Assembly (NCBI GenBank): GCA_051294375.1
Contig: CM119270.1
Location: forward strand, 11,786,416 to 11,850,415
Length of the DNA: 64,000 nt
Source: Paraspadella gotoi
Lineage: Eukaryota > Animalia > Chaetognatha
Direction of reading: 5' to 3'
Below, piece by piece: positions 10,951 through 26,000 of this stretch. Each line of letters starts with the position of its first letter. The stretch's first letter is position 1. Both the position numbers and the translations under genes were made by a program. The notes below the pieces were generated by a model. It saw only the letters and a program-made list of their open reading frames with translations, was not told where the DNA came from and made no database searches.

Positions 10951-11158
10951 CGCCCGCGTTGTCCCTTTACTGTTTCTCTGTTGATCTTTTTACTTTTGTA
11001 GTTTTTGTATTCAAGTTTCTTTTTAATAGAAAACGTGACATCGAAAATATATATTTAATGACTTTTATTGAGCGTCCTTTACGTTTCAGAATCGATACGT
11101 TTCCAGAAAAGCAATAATGCTTCTGAGAGTCAGAATATTACAATATGAATGAGGCGTA

Positions 11159-11164
11159 AATAAA
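11159..11164 (+). terminator. Candidate polyadenylation signal of the lectin gene
   Basis: AATAAA about 210 nt after the stop codon. Confidence 0.35.
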
Positions 11165-11466
11165 AAAAACTACCCGTATACCAAGAAACGATTTCGAGAC
11201 GACGGTTACAGTTAGCAGCAGCAATGACAGCAGCACCTTCTTCGTTCAAAGTTGTAGCGTATTCGGCGCAGCACGACGCAGCCTGCCTCTGCGAAAGAGA
11301 GACCCTTTTTTTTTCCTTCTGTAGGAGAAATTGATTTTTCCTCGTTTTCCGTTTTATGTTTCAGTTCTGTTTTGTTTCCCCATGTTTTATCACGTTCAGT
11401 TCTTTTCTTTTATCACTTTTAGTTTCAGTCCTTTTTGTGCTTTTACTCACGGATCTGTGACTTTAT

Positions 11467-11511
<45 letters not shown>

Positions 11512-11796
11512 TCTATTTTAATTGACAGTTTCGCTATATATTCTCCATGTTGTTTGAATCGTTTTAATTTTTTTAAATATTTTTTAATGTTTTGACAAGA
11601 TAAAATATCAAGCGGTCTAATTCCTCGTAGCTGAAAATCGTGATTTTGTCTTTATCGCCGTCACCGTGACACAGTGAGAATAATTAATCATCGTTATACG
11701 TCCATCTGTTTAATTAAACCGGTTCTCTTTCGATTAGGGAAAAACAATTTAAAAAGGGTTTTTTAAAAAATATTTTCACACCAACGAATTTAGTAG

Positions 11797-11837
<41 letters not shown>

Positions 11838-12940
11838 ACGATTTTTAAAAACAATCCTAAAAAATGGAAAGTAAGGGGAAAAGGAATTGAGTCGCCAACC
11901 GAAAGTATGACGATCGCCGCTGACGACACGTGACCCTTTTTAAAAGAATTATAATGACCTGTTTTCATTTAAATCTGGACAAACCTTTACCAAGTGACTT
12001 TCAGTTTTTGTTTTCTGCATTATGTTCATTCGCGTCTTTCTTTCTGAACCCAGCACAATCTTCATCTCATTTCATTCGTCATGTTTTTCTTTTGACTCTT
12101 GGTTATTAACAACATTCTGGACTCGACGTTTCTCAAAACTCTCCGTGCTAATTCGACTCATCCCAAGGATTCTCTTGACTCCATTTCCAACTTCAAAGCA
12201 TTCCCCTCCCCCCCCCTGGGCGCGGGAACCGGAAGAGAGTCATTGAATATTCAACAAAGTCCCGGCGGCGATGGAGGTAGTTAGCAAGAGGCGGTGTAGG
12301 GGTGGGTGGAAGGGGAAGGTGGGGGCAAAAGGGATGATGGTGGTTGGGGGTTTCTCTCGATTCGACGCTAACGACGTTTTGAGCGACGGAGAATATTCCG
12401 AGTCGAGAGTGAGTTTGCTCTAAGGGGAAGGGGTTTGACTGAGGAAAAATGTTTAGGGTTTCGCGGGGGGGGGGGCAGGGTTAGAAAAAGCGGGGCTAAG
12501 CTTGGCGGCGCCAGTGGGCGGTGACTGAAAACACGGCCCTTGCCTGCTCAATCTGTTTATAACTGTGTTGGATCGCTGCACCCAACTGTGACGATTACGA
12601 AGGGGTCTCTACCAATTAGATGTGTGAGAAATTGGAGTAAAAAAGGGCAGAGTGAACAAACGAATCAGTCCTAAAAAAAGGCGGATTTCGTCAATCCGAC
12701 GTGTGAGAACTTACTTATCGTAAGAAAGCGTGAAAGAAAAAAAAGTGTCACAGATTTGTGTAAATAAATAGGTAATTCAATTACTAAATTAACTACGCTC
12801 CCTGCTCTCGATCAGCGGAGCCGGAATCAGAAAGCTAAGCTCAGCAAATCGCGACTCGGTTATAAATGTTTCTCGTTCGATGGAAACAGAAGCGACGTCG
12901 TTCAAAGAGACCGAGATTAGAGAGAGAGAGAGGAGATGGT

Positions 12941-12971
<31 letters not shown>

Positions 12972-15900
12972 AGAGGAGGAGAGAGTAGAGAGAGAGAAGG
13001 AAGAGAGAGAGATTTGGCGCTTGAAAAGGCGAGGAGACGACGTGGGCGGAAGTGGAGATTCGCAGAGATTCGAAATCAGAAATGGCGTGGGTGAGTCGGC
13101 GGTTGGAGATTTAGGGTGGTCCTTATGAGCTCGAAATTCGCCAAGATCGGGTTGGGACTTGTGTGTTAGAATCGTCCTTTTTAACTTTGAGTGTTTGGGC
13201 TGCTCATTTGGCATTTGATTGTCTGTTTCGGCCTTCAGGGTGGTTAGGTGGTGACAGAAAGAGGATCAACTTCTTAGCATAGTCAAGGTTTAGATTTGAT
13301 TTTATTCCCTTCCAAAATTGAATGCTTTTTTTTTTGCATTTTGATTTTCGGTTATAAAACGAAACGGTTCCTTCGAAAATTTTAGGTACTTGAAATAGGA
13401 AAAGAAATTGCCGGATGTTTCAGTTTGTTTGATGAGAGAAAAAAAAGTTTGAGGCCGATAAAGACAGAGGCGAAAATAGGGAGTGTGAGATAGGGTTGCC
13501 GAAAAAGTTTGGGAAAGGTGGAGGAAGTCTTGATTGTCGACCGAGAGCTAATGTTTCTTAAGTGTTAAAAATATGGTTCGTAATGTATATTTTTTTAAAA
13601 CTTACTGAGAGAATAGAAAGCCTTGATCATCTGTTTGTTTTGTTTTTATACTTATTTTCATTTTTTAGTTCCAAAGAAAAGAACAAGTAAATAAATAAAT
13701 GAAGAATAAAAAAACGAAAATCGGCCTCATTGTAACGCGATTTGACCTGGTTCCGTGGAACAGAGGGGAAATTATGCGTAAGAAGAACGTTATCTCCGCT
13801 ACGGAAATTGTAAATTGGCCTCTCGAACGACCGAGAATTCAGGTTAGGGTAATCGGAATTCCGCTCGATCAGATGGGAAGAATCTATTGCAGAAAGCAAA
13901 GGGTCGGCGTTGGTGAACGAGTTTGGAAGGCTTAGTAACTGGAAGAGAAATATTGAGGCACCGCAAGGGCGGCAACGGGCAACGGGGAATAATGCGCTAT
14001 TTAAAATAGAGTGTCATTGTTATTTTACGCCAACTGTGAATGAATATCGAAGAGGAAAGAAAAATATCGAAGAAAGAAAGAAGGAAAGCGAGAAAGAAGA
14101 AAAGCATCAATCAAACTCTAAGCGCTGAATATTGACGTAAGAGTTAATTCAAAGACGGGCGGTCGTGAAGATGAGCTGGAAAAGCGAAATCGATTGTGGG
14201 GAAAAGTATCGACGTTTTGATATAAGAAAGGAATTGTGGTTATATCTGCCCGAGTTAGGTTATGTGATTACCCGAAAGTTTGTTCGGCGTAAAGGATGAA
14301 TTCTTTTGTTCAATGCCGTCAACGCGTCTTAGTTGGTTTTTAGTTAATTGGGTGAGTATTATAAAAGAGATCAAGGGTGATGAAGCCTAAACAAGTTGGC
14401 ATCATTTGGAGAATAAGTTTGCTTTCAGCAAAAAAAAATTATAATTCTAATTTTTAATATGAATCGTAAAAGAACAAGGATTGATCGACGGCGGAGAGAA
14501 GAACAGAACCCGGAACAAAAATGGAGAGAAAATAAGAAGAACAAGAAAAAGAAGAAAAGATGTGAAGGCGAAGAGAGAAGATGTGACGTCGGTCAGGAGC
14601 GAGAAGAAAGTTTTAAATCAGGAAACTCGAAGTAGAAAAAGAAAAATCACCTCCGAAACGGGAAGGCGGGGATTCGAGGGCTAAAGTGGCGCTAAAATTC
14701 TCCAGATCGGGTGGGATTTATTTGACTTGAAATAGGCAGGGGCGGAAAGGGGGGAGAAAGGGGGCGAGAAAGGGAGGGAGGGGAGAAGATGGGGGGGCTG
14801 AGGGGATGAAGGGTTCTCTTATGATGAGAGGGCTGGGAGAGACTGGGACCGGACAGCTGTAATGGAGGAGAAGAAAATAGAATAGAAGGAAGAGAGAGAG
14901 AGAGAGATGAGAGAAGAGAGAGGATGAGAGAGAGAGAGAGAGAGCGAGAGAGAGACGAGAGAGAGACAGATAGAAGATTAAAAGAAAATATTCAATAAAT
15001 GGACGTGACTTAAAATAAAATATTAATATCTACGTTACTAATAATGTATTATTGTCACAAAAAAGAGAGAAGTAACAAAACCTTTGATTCCATTCGGAGA
15101 TTTAAAATACAACTCAAGTTGTCTTACTTTTGAACCTCATTTTCATTTCTCCTTCTTTATCTGTGTCAATGTCGTCTTGGTTGTCGTCAACGTCGTGGAC
15201 GTGAAATTCTTCGTCTTTGTCGTCGTCGTCTTTGTCCTCGTTGCTCTGGGCGACGTCTTTCATAGATGTGGTTGTCTCATCGCTCGTCTTTTGCTGCAAC
15301 CGGAAATACTAATATTAATATTAATATTAATACCTCGAAGATAAAGAAATATCCTTTTTTTTCATTTTTAGATTAAGACGTTGATACACGATCTCAAAGG
15401 CGAGATCGTCATCCTCGTTGTTGTTGTCATCCAATCGCCATCGTTCTCTCTATCGTCGTCGTCGCCGTCGTCGTTCCCCGGTTTCCGAATATATTCTTCT
15501 CTCCCGCGTTTTCCTCCGGCATTTCGACCGTCAAATGCCTTTCCGGACATTAACTTGTCACGTGACCTTTTTTGGCGGTGCCATCGTCGTTGTCGTCGTC
15601 GTCGTCGTCGTCGCGTCTAGGCTTTCTTGTTTTTTCTCTGTCATAATGAGCGCGATTTAAGCCTTCCATCAAAACTCTACTCTCTCTCTATCTCTCTCTC
15701 TCTCTCCTTCTTTCTCTCTCTTCTCTTTTTTTGATTCTCTCTCTCTCCTCTCATCTCTCTCTCTCTTTCTCTCCCTCTTCTCTCTCTCTCTCTCTCTCTT
15801 TCTCTTTCTCTCTCTCTCCTCTCTCTCTCTCTCTGTCTCTCTTTCCATCCTCCCCGGGTTCTCTCTTTTCTCGTTACAGAATTTCTCTAGTTTTAGTCGA

Positions 15901-16140
15901 CCTAAAAATTTTTCCTTTAAATCTTTGCCATCGTCGTCGTCATTTTCGCGAGGCGAAAACGAGACAGCGTCGAGAACGACGACGACGTCAACGACGATGA
16001 CGACAACGACGACAGTAACGCCAGAGGCAACGAGAACGACGACGACGACGAAGACGACGACCACGTCTAAGCACGTCAGTATTCAAAGTCGGACGATTTT
16101 CTCTCCACGCGTCGCGCAGGTGAAACCTTTCGTAGAATCG

Positions 16141-16173
<33 letters not shown>

Positions 16174-16848
16174 TCGTTATGCTCATCATCATTCTCAGCA
16201 TCATCCTCTTCTTCATCCCGGAAGCCGGACCGAATTCGCAAATATCCTTTTCTGGGATGCAAATCGAAAAAAAAACAAAAACTGTGGTCTCTTTTCGAAA
16301 AAAAAAAATTCAACACGAAAAGTAGACTGGAAACAATTATGAGGATTAACTATTTTTTATTGTTAATATTTCCTAAACATTTTCAACGGAAATTTAAGTA
16401 CATTTTACCCTTCCAAACGTATCGGTTTTTCTTTCATCTAACTATCGCCTTTCGTTAAGTCAAAGCAACAACAACTGAACAACCAAAGCCACTTCTTCTT
16501 CTTTTTTTTTGGCGTCATTGAAAAGTGGTTGTTCTCCTCTTCTTTAAATATTTATCGATACATCGTAAACAGCGCGAAACAACAGCGATAGAAATCATCC
16601 AACGGTTGCGCCGAAAAAGAAAAAGGCTTCATGAATATTAAAACGCGAACTGTCGAGTCATGTCGCAAAAGAAAAATGGAACAAACCTGGAATCGGATAT
16701 TGATTCCATGACAAACTCGCGTCCTAGGATGCCCTTGCATCGTGCCATCATGCTACATTCCCAGAAGAAAAAAAATATTGCTTCTCTCTCTCTTTGAATA
16801 ATAGGAAAGGCAGCTGTACGAAAATTTTGTCAAGATTTTGGAGAGGAG

Positions 16849-16884
<36 letters not shown>

Positions 16885-17602
16885 CAGAGAGAGAGAAGAG
16901 AGAGAGGAGAGAGAGAGAGAGGAGGGGAGAGAGACGAGAGAGAGAAAAAGAGAAGAGAGAGAGAGAGAGAGAGAAAAGAGAGAGAGAGAGAGAGAGAAGC
17001 AATATTTTTTTTTTTCTTCTGGGAATGTAGCATGATGGACGATGCAGGGCATCCTAGGACGCGAGTTTGTCATGGAATCAATATCGCGATTCCAGGTTTG
17101 TTCCATTTTTCTTTGCGACAGGACTCGACATGTTCGCGTTTTATATTCATGAAGCCTTTTTCATTTTCCGGCGCAACCGTTGATGATTTTCTACGCTGTT
17201 GTTTCGCGCTGTTTACGATTTATCGATAAAATTTAAAGAAGAGGAGAACAACCACTTTTCATGACGCCAAAAAAAAAAGAAGAAGAAGTGGCTTTGTTGT
17301 TCAGTTGTTGTTGCTTTGACTTAAACGAAAGCGATAGTTAGATGAAAGAAAAACCGATACGTTTGGAAGGGTAATGTACTTAAATTTCCGTTGAAGAATG
17401 TTTTTAGGAAATATTAACAATAAAAATAGTGAATCCTCATAATTGTTTCAGTCTACTTTTCGTGTGAATTTTTTTTTTTCGAACAGAGACTACAGTTTTG
17501 TTTTTTTTTTCGATTTGCATCCCAGAAAAGGATATTTTGCGAATTGGGTCCGGCTTCCGGGATGAGAAGAGGATGATGCTGAGATGATGATGAGCATAAC
17601 GA

Positions 17603-17635
<33 letters not shown>

Positions 17636-18813
17636 CGATTTCTACGAAAGGTTTCACCTGCGCGACGCCGGTGAGAGAAAAATCGTCCGACTTTAATACT
17701 GACGTGCTAGACGTGGTCGTCGTCTTCGTGCGTCGTCGTCTTCTCGTTGCCTCTGCGTTACTGTCGTCGTTGTACGTCATCGTCGTTGACGTCGTCGTCG
17801 TTCTCGACGCTGTCTCGTTTTCCGCCTCGCGAAAATGACGACGACGATGGCAAAGTTTTAAAGGAAAATTTTAGGTCGACTAAAACTAGAGAAATTCTGA
17901 ACGAGAAAAGAGAGAACCCGGGAGGATGGAAAGAGAGACAGAGAGAGAGAGAGAGGAGAGAGAGAGAAAGAGAAAGAGAGAGAGAGAGAGAGAGAAGAGG
18001 GAGAGAAAGAGAGAGAGAGATGAGAGGAGAGAGAGAGAATCAAAAAAAGAGAAGAGAGAGAAAGAAGGAGAGAGAGAGAGAGATAGAGAGAGAGTAGAGT
18101 TTTGATGGAAGGCTTAAATCGCGCTCATTATGACAGAGAAAAAACAAGAAAGCCTAGACGCGACGACGACGACGACGACGACAACGACGATGGCACCGCC
18201 AAAAAAAGGTCACGTGACAAGTTAATGTCCGGAAAGGCATTTGACGGTCGAAATGCCGGAGGGAAAAAGCGGGGAGAGAATGATATATTCGGAACCGGGG
18301 AACGACGACGGCGACGACGACGATAGGAGAACGATGGCGATTGGGATGACAACAACAACGAGGATACGATCTCGCCTTTGAGATCGTGTATCAACGTCTA
18401 ATCTAAAATGAAAAAAAAGGATATTTCTTTATCTTCGAGGTATTAATATTAATATTAATATTAGTATTTCCGGTTGCAGCAAAGACGAGCGATGAGACAA
18501 CCACATCTATGGAAAGACGTCGGCCCAGGGCCAGAACGAGGGGGGGGGACAAAGACGACGACGACAAAGACGAAGAATTTCACGTCCACGACGTGACGAC
18601 AACCAAGACGACATTGACACAGTAAAGAAGGAGAAATGAAAATGAGGGTTCAAAAGTGAAGACAACTTGAGTTGTATAGAATCTCCGAATGGAATCAAAG
18701 GTTTTGTTACTTTCTCTCTTTTGTTGACAATAATACATTATTAGTACGTAGATATTAATATTTATTTTAAGTCACGTCCATTTATTGAATATTTTCTTTT
18801 AATTTTCTATCTG

Positions 18814-18899
<86 letters not shown>

Positions 18900-20863
18900 T
18901 TCTATTTCTATTTTCTTCTCCTCCATTACAGCTGTCGGTTCCCAGTCTCTCCCAGCCCTTCATCATCAAGACCCTTCATCCCCTCAGCCCACCCCCATCT
19001 TCTCCCCTCCCCCTTTCTCCCCCCTTTCTCCCCCCTTTCCCCCCTCCTATTTCAAGTCAATAAATCCCCCCGATCTGGCGATTTAGCCCACTTAGCCCCG
19101 AATCCCCGGCCTTCCGTTTCGGAGGTGATTTTTCTTTTTCTACTTCGAGCTTTCTGATTTAAAACTTTCTTTCTCGCTCCTGACCGACGTCAACATCTTC
19201 TCTCATTCGCCTTCACATCTTTTCTTCTTTTTCTTGTTCTTCTTATTTTCTCTCCATTTTGTTCCGGGTTCTGTTCTTCTCTCCGCCCGTCGATCAATCC
19301 TTGTTCTTTTACGATTCATTAAAAAATTAGAATTATACATTTTTTTTTTGCTGAAAGCAAAACTTATGTCTCCAATGCATGCAAACTTGTTTAGGCTTCA
19401 TCACCCGTTGACTCTCTTTTATAATACTCACCCAATTCAACTAAAAACCAATAAAGGACGCGTTGACGGCATTGAACAAAAGAATTCATCCTTACGCCGA
19501 AACAAACTTTCGGGGTAATCACCATAACCTAAACTCGGGCAGATAACCACAATTCCTTTCTTATATCAAAACGTCGATTACTTTTCCCCACAATCGATTT
19601 CGCTTTTCCAGCTATCTTTCACGACCGCCGTTCTTTGAATTAACTACTTACTTCCAATATTCAGCGCTTAGAGTTTGATGATGGGCTCTCTTTCTCGCTT
19701 TCCTTCTTTCTTTCTTCGTATTTTTCTTTGCCTCTTCGATATTCATTCACAGTTGGCCGTTAACAATAAAAATGACACTCTATTTTAAATAGCGCATTAT
19801 TCCCCGTTGCCCGTTGCCGCCCTTGCGGCTCCTCAAATTTCTCTTCCAATTACTAAGCCTTCCAAAACTCCTTCACCAACGCCGACCCTTTGCTTTCTGC
19901 AATAGATTGCTTTCCCATCTGATCGAGCGGAATTCGCGATACCCTAACCTGAAATCTCGGTCTCGTTTCGAGAGGCCAATTTACAATTTCCGTTAGCGGA
20001 GATAACGTTCTCTTCTTCTTACGCACTTAATTATCCCCCTCTGTTCCAACGGAACAGGTCAAATCGCGTCTAACAACTGAGGCGATTTCGTTTTTTTTAT
20101 TCTTCATTTAATTTATTTACTTTTCTTTTCTTTGGAACTAAAAAAAATGAATATTAAGTATAAAAACAAAACAAACAGATGATCAGGCTTTCCTATTCTC
20201 TCAGTAAGTTTTTAAAAAAATTACATACGAACGCATATGTTTTTAACACTGTAAGCAAACATTAGCTCTCGTCGACAATCAAGACTCCTCCACCTTTCCC
20301 AAACCTTTTGCGGCAACCCTATCTCACACTCCCTATTTTCGCCTCTGTCATTTATCGGCCTCAAACTTTTTTTTCTCTCATCAAACAAAAACTGAAACAT
20401 CCGCCAATTTCTTTTCCTATTTCAAGCTACCTAAAATTTTCGAAGAACCGTTTCGTTTTATACCGCAAAAAATACCAAAAGCAAAAAAAAACAAGCATTC
20501 AATTTTGGAAAGGAATTAAACAATCAAATCCTAAACCTTGACTATGCTAAGAAGTTGATCCTCTTTCTGTCACCACCCTAACACCCTGGAAGCCGAAACC
20601 AGCAATCAAATGCCAAATGAGCAGCCCCAAAACACTCAAAGTTAAAAAAAAGGACGATTCGTAACACACAATGCTCCCAACCCGAATCTTCGGCGAATTT
20701 CGAGCTCATAAGGCACCACCCTAAATCTCCAACCGCGGACTCACCCACGCCATTCTGATTTCGAATCTCTTTCGAATCTCCACTTCCGCCCACTCGTCTC
20801 CTCGCCTTTTCAAGCGGCCAAATCTCTCTCTCTTCCTTCTCTCTCTCTACTCTCTCCTCCTCT

Positions 20864-20894
<31 letters not shown>

Positions 20895-22058
20895 ACCATC
20901 TCCTCTCTCTCTCTCTAATCTCGGTCTCTTTGAACGACGTCGGCTTCTGTTTTTCCATCGTCGAACGAGAAGAAACATTTTATAACCGAGTCGCATTGCT
21001 GGCTTTAGCTTTCTGATTCCGGCTCCGCTGATCGAGACAGGGGAGCGTAGTTAATTTAGTAATTGAATTACCTATTTATTTACACAATCTGCCTGACCAC
21101 TTTTTTTTCTTTCACGCTTTTCTTACGATAAGCTATTCCCAACACTCGGATTGACGAAATCGCCTTTTTTAGGACTGATCGTATTGTTCACTCTGCCCTT
21201 TTACTCCAATTTCTCACACATCTAATTGGTAGAGACCCCTTCGTAATCCGTCACAGTTGGGGCAGCGATCGCAAACACAGCTTATAAACAGACTTGAGGC
21301 AGGCAAGGGGCCTGTTTTCCAGTCACCGCCACTGCGCGCCAAAGCTTAGCCCGCTTGTGTTCTAAACCCTCCCCCCCCCAACGCGAAACCCTAAAACATT
21401 ATTTCCTCAGTCAACCCCTTCCCCTTTAGAGCAAACTCACTCATCGATCGGAATATCCTCCGTCGCTCAAAACTCGTTAGCCGTCGAATCGAGAAGAAAC
21501 CCCAAACCACCATCAATCCCTTATTGCCCCCACCCTTCCCCTTCCACCACCCCTACACCGCCCTCTTGCTAACTACCTCCATCGCCGCCGGGACTCTTGT
21601 GAATATTCAATGCACTCTCATTCCGGTTCCCGGCGCCAGGGGGGGAGGAATGCTTGAAGTTGGAAATGGATCAAGAAGAATCCTTGGATAGTTCGAAATT
21701 AGCACGGAGAGTTTTTGGAGAAAACGTCGAGTCCAGAATGTTGTTAATAAAGCCAAGAGTCAAAGAAAAACATGACGAATGAAATGGATGAAGATTGTGC
21801 TGGGTTCAGAAAAGAAAGACGCGAAGAACATAATGCAGAAAACAAAAACTGCAAAGTCACCTCCGGGTAAAGGTTTGTCCAGATTAAATGAAAACAGGTC
21901 ATTATAATTCTTTTAAAAAAGGGTCACGTGTCGTCAGCGGCGAATCGTCATCTTTCGTTGGCGCACTCAATTCCTTGTTCCCCTTACTTTCCATTTTTTT
22001 AGGATTTTTTTAAAAATCGTTGGTCTCTCTCTCTCTCTCACTACTCTCTTTCTCTCTC

Positions 22059-22110
<52 letters not shown>

Positions 22111-23001
22111 CTCGCTCTAAATCGTAGTGTGAAATATTTTTAAAAAACCTTTTTAATTGTTTTTCCCTAATCGGAAAGAGAACCGGTTAATAAACAGATG
22201 GACGTATAACGATGGATTAATTATTCTCACTTGCTGTCACGGTGACGCGATAAAGACAAAATCACGATTATTACAGCTACGAGGAATTAGACCGCTTGAT
22301 TTTTATCTTGTCAAAACATTAAAAAATATTTAAAAAATTAAACGGATCAAACAACATGGAGAAAAATATATAGCGCGAACACTGTCAATTAAAATAGAGG
22401 AGAGAGAGAGGACGCAGAGAGAGACGAGAGAGAGAAGAGATGAGAGAGAGGAGAGCAGAGAGAGATGAGAGAGAGAAAAAAGATAAAGCTCACAGATCCG
22501 TGCAGTAAAAGCACAAAAGGACTGAAACTAAGTGATAAAAGAAAAGAACCTGAACGTGATAAACATGGGGAAACAAAACAGAACTGAACATAAACGGAAA
22601 CGAGGAAAAATCAATTCTGCCACAGAAGGAAAAAAAAAAAGGGTCCTCTTTCGCAGAGCAGGCTGCGTTTCGTGCTTGCGCCGAATACGCTCAAACTATT
22701 GAACGAAGAAGGGCTGCCTGTCATGCTGCTGCTAACTGATAACCGTCGTCTCCGAAAATCGTTTCTTGGTATACGGTAGTTTTTTTATTTACGGCCTCAT
22801 TCATATCTGTAATATTCTGACTCTCAGAAGCATTATTTGCTTTTCTGAAACGATCGATTCTGAAACGTAAAGGACGCTCAATAAAGTCATTAAATATATA
22901 ATTTTCGGATGTCACGTATTTTATTTAAAAAGAAGAAACTTGAATACAAAACACAAAAGTAAAAAGATCAACAGAGAAACAGTAAAGGGACAACGCGGGC
23001 G

Positions 23002-26000
23002 TCATTCGGGGCGTTACAAACGCGCGCCATAGTATTTCCCGGTCAGCGTTTCCAAACCAACAGCGTGGAAAACATCCCGCGCAGAGGATTTTGAATCGCG
23101 GTCTTTGGTGTATTTCAGGCTAAAGAACAATCACGACGGTGCGGACCCCTGCAATGGGGAGGGAGTCCGGCTATTTGGCGAAATATTTATCCATTGGCCT
23201 TTTAGTTTCCGGATTCCAATTCTTGTCATTTCCGAAATTACGAGAAGAGGTTTTTAAAATGGCCTCTCATCATCGAAACGAAATGTCGGAAGGCTTATTT
23301 TACTTAGCAATCTCGCAAAATTAAGTCATTCGTTAAAGAGCATATAGCATTACAAATTGAACATCCAAGTTAACCCAAAACAAGCTTTTTCCATTAAGCC
23401 ATTCAAATGTACCGCGACCCGTCGAGCCATTTCGCCTCCAATTCACGTGTTTCATAGTTCTCAATCCGATGAGAAAAATCGTCGCCAGGAAAAGTGAACC
23501 GTGCTTTAATCGGGCTGCCGAAACATGAAACTCAATTATTATTCATTCTTCATTTCATGTTTAATTTTCTTTTCCGCCCCGGTTATCTTTCTTTCTTTCT
23601 TCTTTCTTTCTTTCTTCTTTCTTTCTTTCTTTCTTTCTTCTTTCTTTCTTTCGTATCTTTCTTTCTTGTCTTTCTTTCTCATTCGACTTCCGGTCGCTCC
23701 ACCAAACAAGTTCAATCTAAAATTAATTCCAAATTATTTCCATTGTATCTCCATTTTCCACCACTTAGCCGACGTCAGCAGTTGCTCTTATTTTGTAAAG
23801 GTGAGCCCAATTCCGCTGCCAACGCTTGTTGCATTCTGTGTTTCAATTGATCGAAGGAGCGTAGTATGCCCAAAACGATGTAGTGCAGAGTTCCGTCGTG
23901 GTAGGTGGGATCGAGAGGAAAAAGTAAATCCCCGCTGATAGGCTGCGTTGCGATTGGCGGACATATGTTTGATATAAAGATTAAAAAAAGTCTATCGACA
24001 ACTATTAAAAGCGTAGATCAATCTTAAGGAAAATAGAGAGAGAGAGAAAGACGAGAGAGAGAACCGCAGTGATTGGAAAACGGGAAACGTTTTTTATTTC
24101 TTTTAACGTCAAACGTTAGTTATTTCTTGAAAGCTGATTGATTACAAATCACCTTATCAAATAACTTGAGTTTTTCCGTTGACATCAGCTTACCATTCAG
24201 GCGGTTGTGTTATGCCACTGCCTATATAAATTAAGAAATATCTCTTCTTTCTTGCCTCTCTCTCTCACTCTCTCTCTCTCTCTCTCTCTTTCTCTTCTTT
24301 CTCTCTCTCTCAATCCCACCCTTTTTTCAAATGAAAGCCCACCTTCCTCCGGTGAGTCGGCTCCGGTTTCCACCTTCTCGCTTATCTTCCCCCTATATTT
24401 TGTTCACTGTTGTTTCGAAAGATTTCGCCCACAGCTTTCCCCCACTTACAGTTAAAGCCGGCCCACAGCATTCATACTTCTTAACTTCCCCCACAAGCTA
24501 TTTCCCGCATTAACGCCGGCAGATTCACCACAGAGTTTACCAGCTAGATCGGGCAGCGGTCTTGACTGCGTTTGTTTGGGCGCCGCGGTTTCCCGCCACG
24601 GCGTTATGTGACAGCAGCGCAGCCAAGCGATCTTTGCCTCTTGAAACGCCATGTCCTGGAGAAAAGCAGACGTTGATTGAAATGTTAGTTATTCTTCTTT
24701 ACCATCAAACGTTAGTTGGCAGTTTCTAATGAAGCTGATTTGCACTTGATAACACCTTTATCAAATAAGATTGAGCTTTTCAGTTGACATCAGTGTTTAC
24801 ATTCGGACCGTTGTGTATGACGCCAAGCTGTTATCCTAATAGACGAAGATACATTTATTAGAGACCGATAGCTCTCTGATTTCGCTCTGTCCGAATACGA
24901 TCATCATGCCGTACTAACCCACCGCCATCTCATCACTACAATCTATGCTTATCTCTCTCTCTCTCTCTCCTTTCTACATTCCCACCTATACATATAACTC
25001 GCGACTAACTCAGCAATGTGCTCACTCTCTCTATCCTTCTTTTTCAACCCTACTGTATATACACAGCTCCCAGACACGATCTCCTCCCCCTTCGAGATAC
25101 TCAACTAGATCTTCAGTGCCAGGCTCCCTTGATGCTGTTTATCTGTCCCACCCTCCCGGCTTCTTCCCCTATTTTTTGTTCACTTGTTGTTCGAAAGGAT
25201 TCGCCCACAGCTTTCCCCACTTACAGTTAAGCCCGCGCCAACAGCCTTCTACTTCTTACTTTCACCACCACAGCTATTCCCGCGATATAACGCCGGCAGA
25301 TGTCACACCAACGACCTTCTAACGCCGCAGGACATCGGCAGCGGTCGTTGGACTGCGCGGGGTTTTTTGGCATGCGGTTTTTCCCGCCCGGGCCGTTTAG
25401 CTGACCTAGCCAGCAGGCGCTTGCTAGCATCGCGATCTCTTTAGCCTGATACGCTGTCCCGTGAGAGAAATAAAGAGAGTGAATTGAAAATTAGTATTTC
25501 TTCTTAAATCATCAAACCGGTTAGATCTAGTTTCTATGAATCTACTTTTGCACGCACTATAAGTCCCTCTTTATCAAATAAACACTTGAGTCTTTTCTGT
25601 CGAGCCATATCAGAGCTTACCATCTCTCGGACGGTTTGTTTGCCACTGCTCATAGGAAACTCTGGAGAACAATTAGCTCTTCTTTCTATTGCCTGAGCTC
25701 GTTTCTCTCTCTCTCTTCTTCTCTCCTCTCTCTCATTTTCTGCTCTCTCTCCTCCATCCTACTCTCATCTCTCTCTCTCAATACCCCCCTTTTTTCACAT
25801 ATGAAAAGCCCACCTATCCTCCGGGAGTCGGCTCGTTTCCACCTCCTCGGCCCTTCTTCCCCCTATTTCATGTTCACTGTTGTTTCAAAGATTCGCCCCC
25901 CACAGCTTCCCCCACTACGAGTAGGCAGCGCTCCACAGCCTTATCCTTCTTCCTTCCCCCCAAAGTAATTTCGTCACTATTTAACGCTAAAGCGTAATAT

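Noticed and set aside
15557-15566. Palindromic GTCACGTGAC (CLEAR/USF-type E-box)
   Set aside because: Single short motif with no associated gene start, so it could be chance.
15669-16458. Thr/Ser-rich mucin-like and ER-repeat ORFs (and mirrors at 17490-18394)
   Set aside because: Products of GAC/GTC and GA microsatellites, with no splice or domain support.
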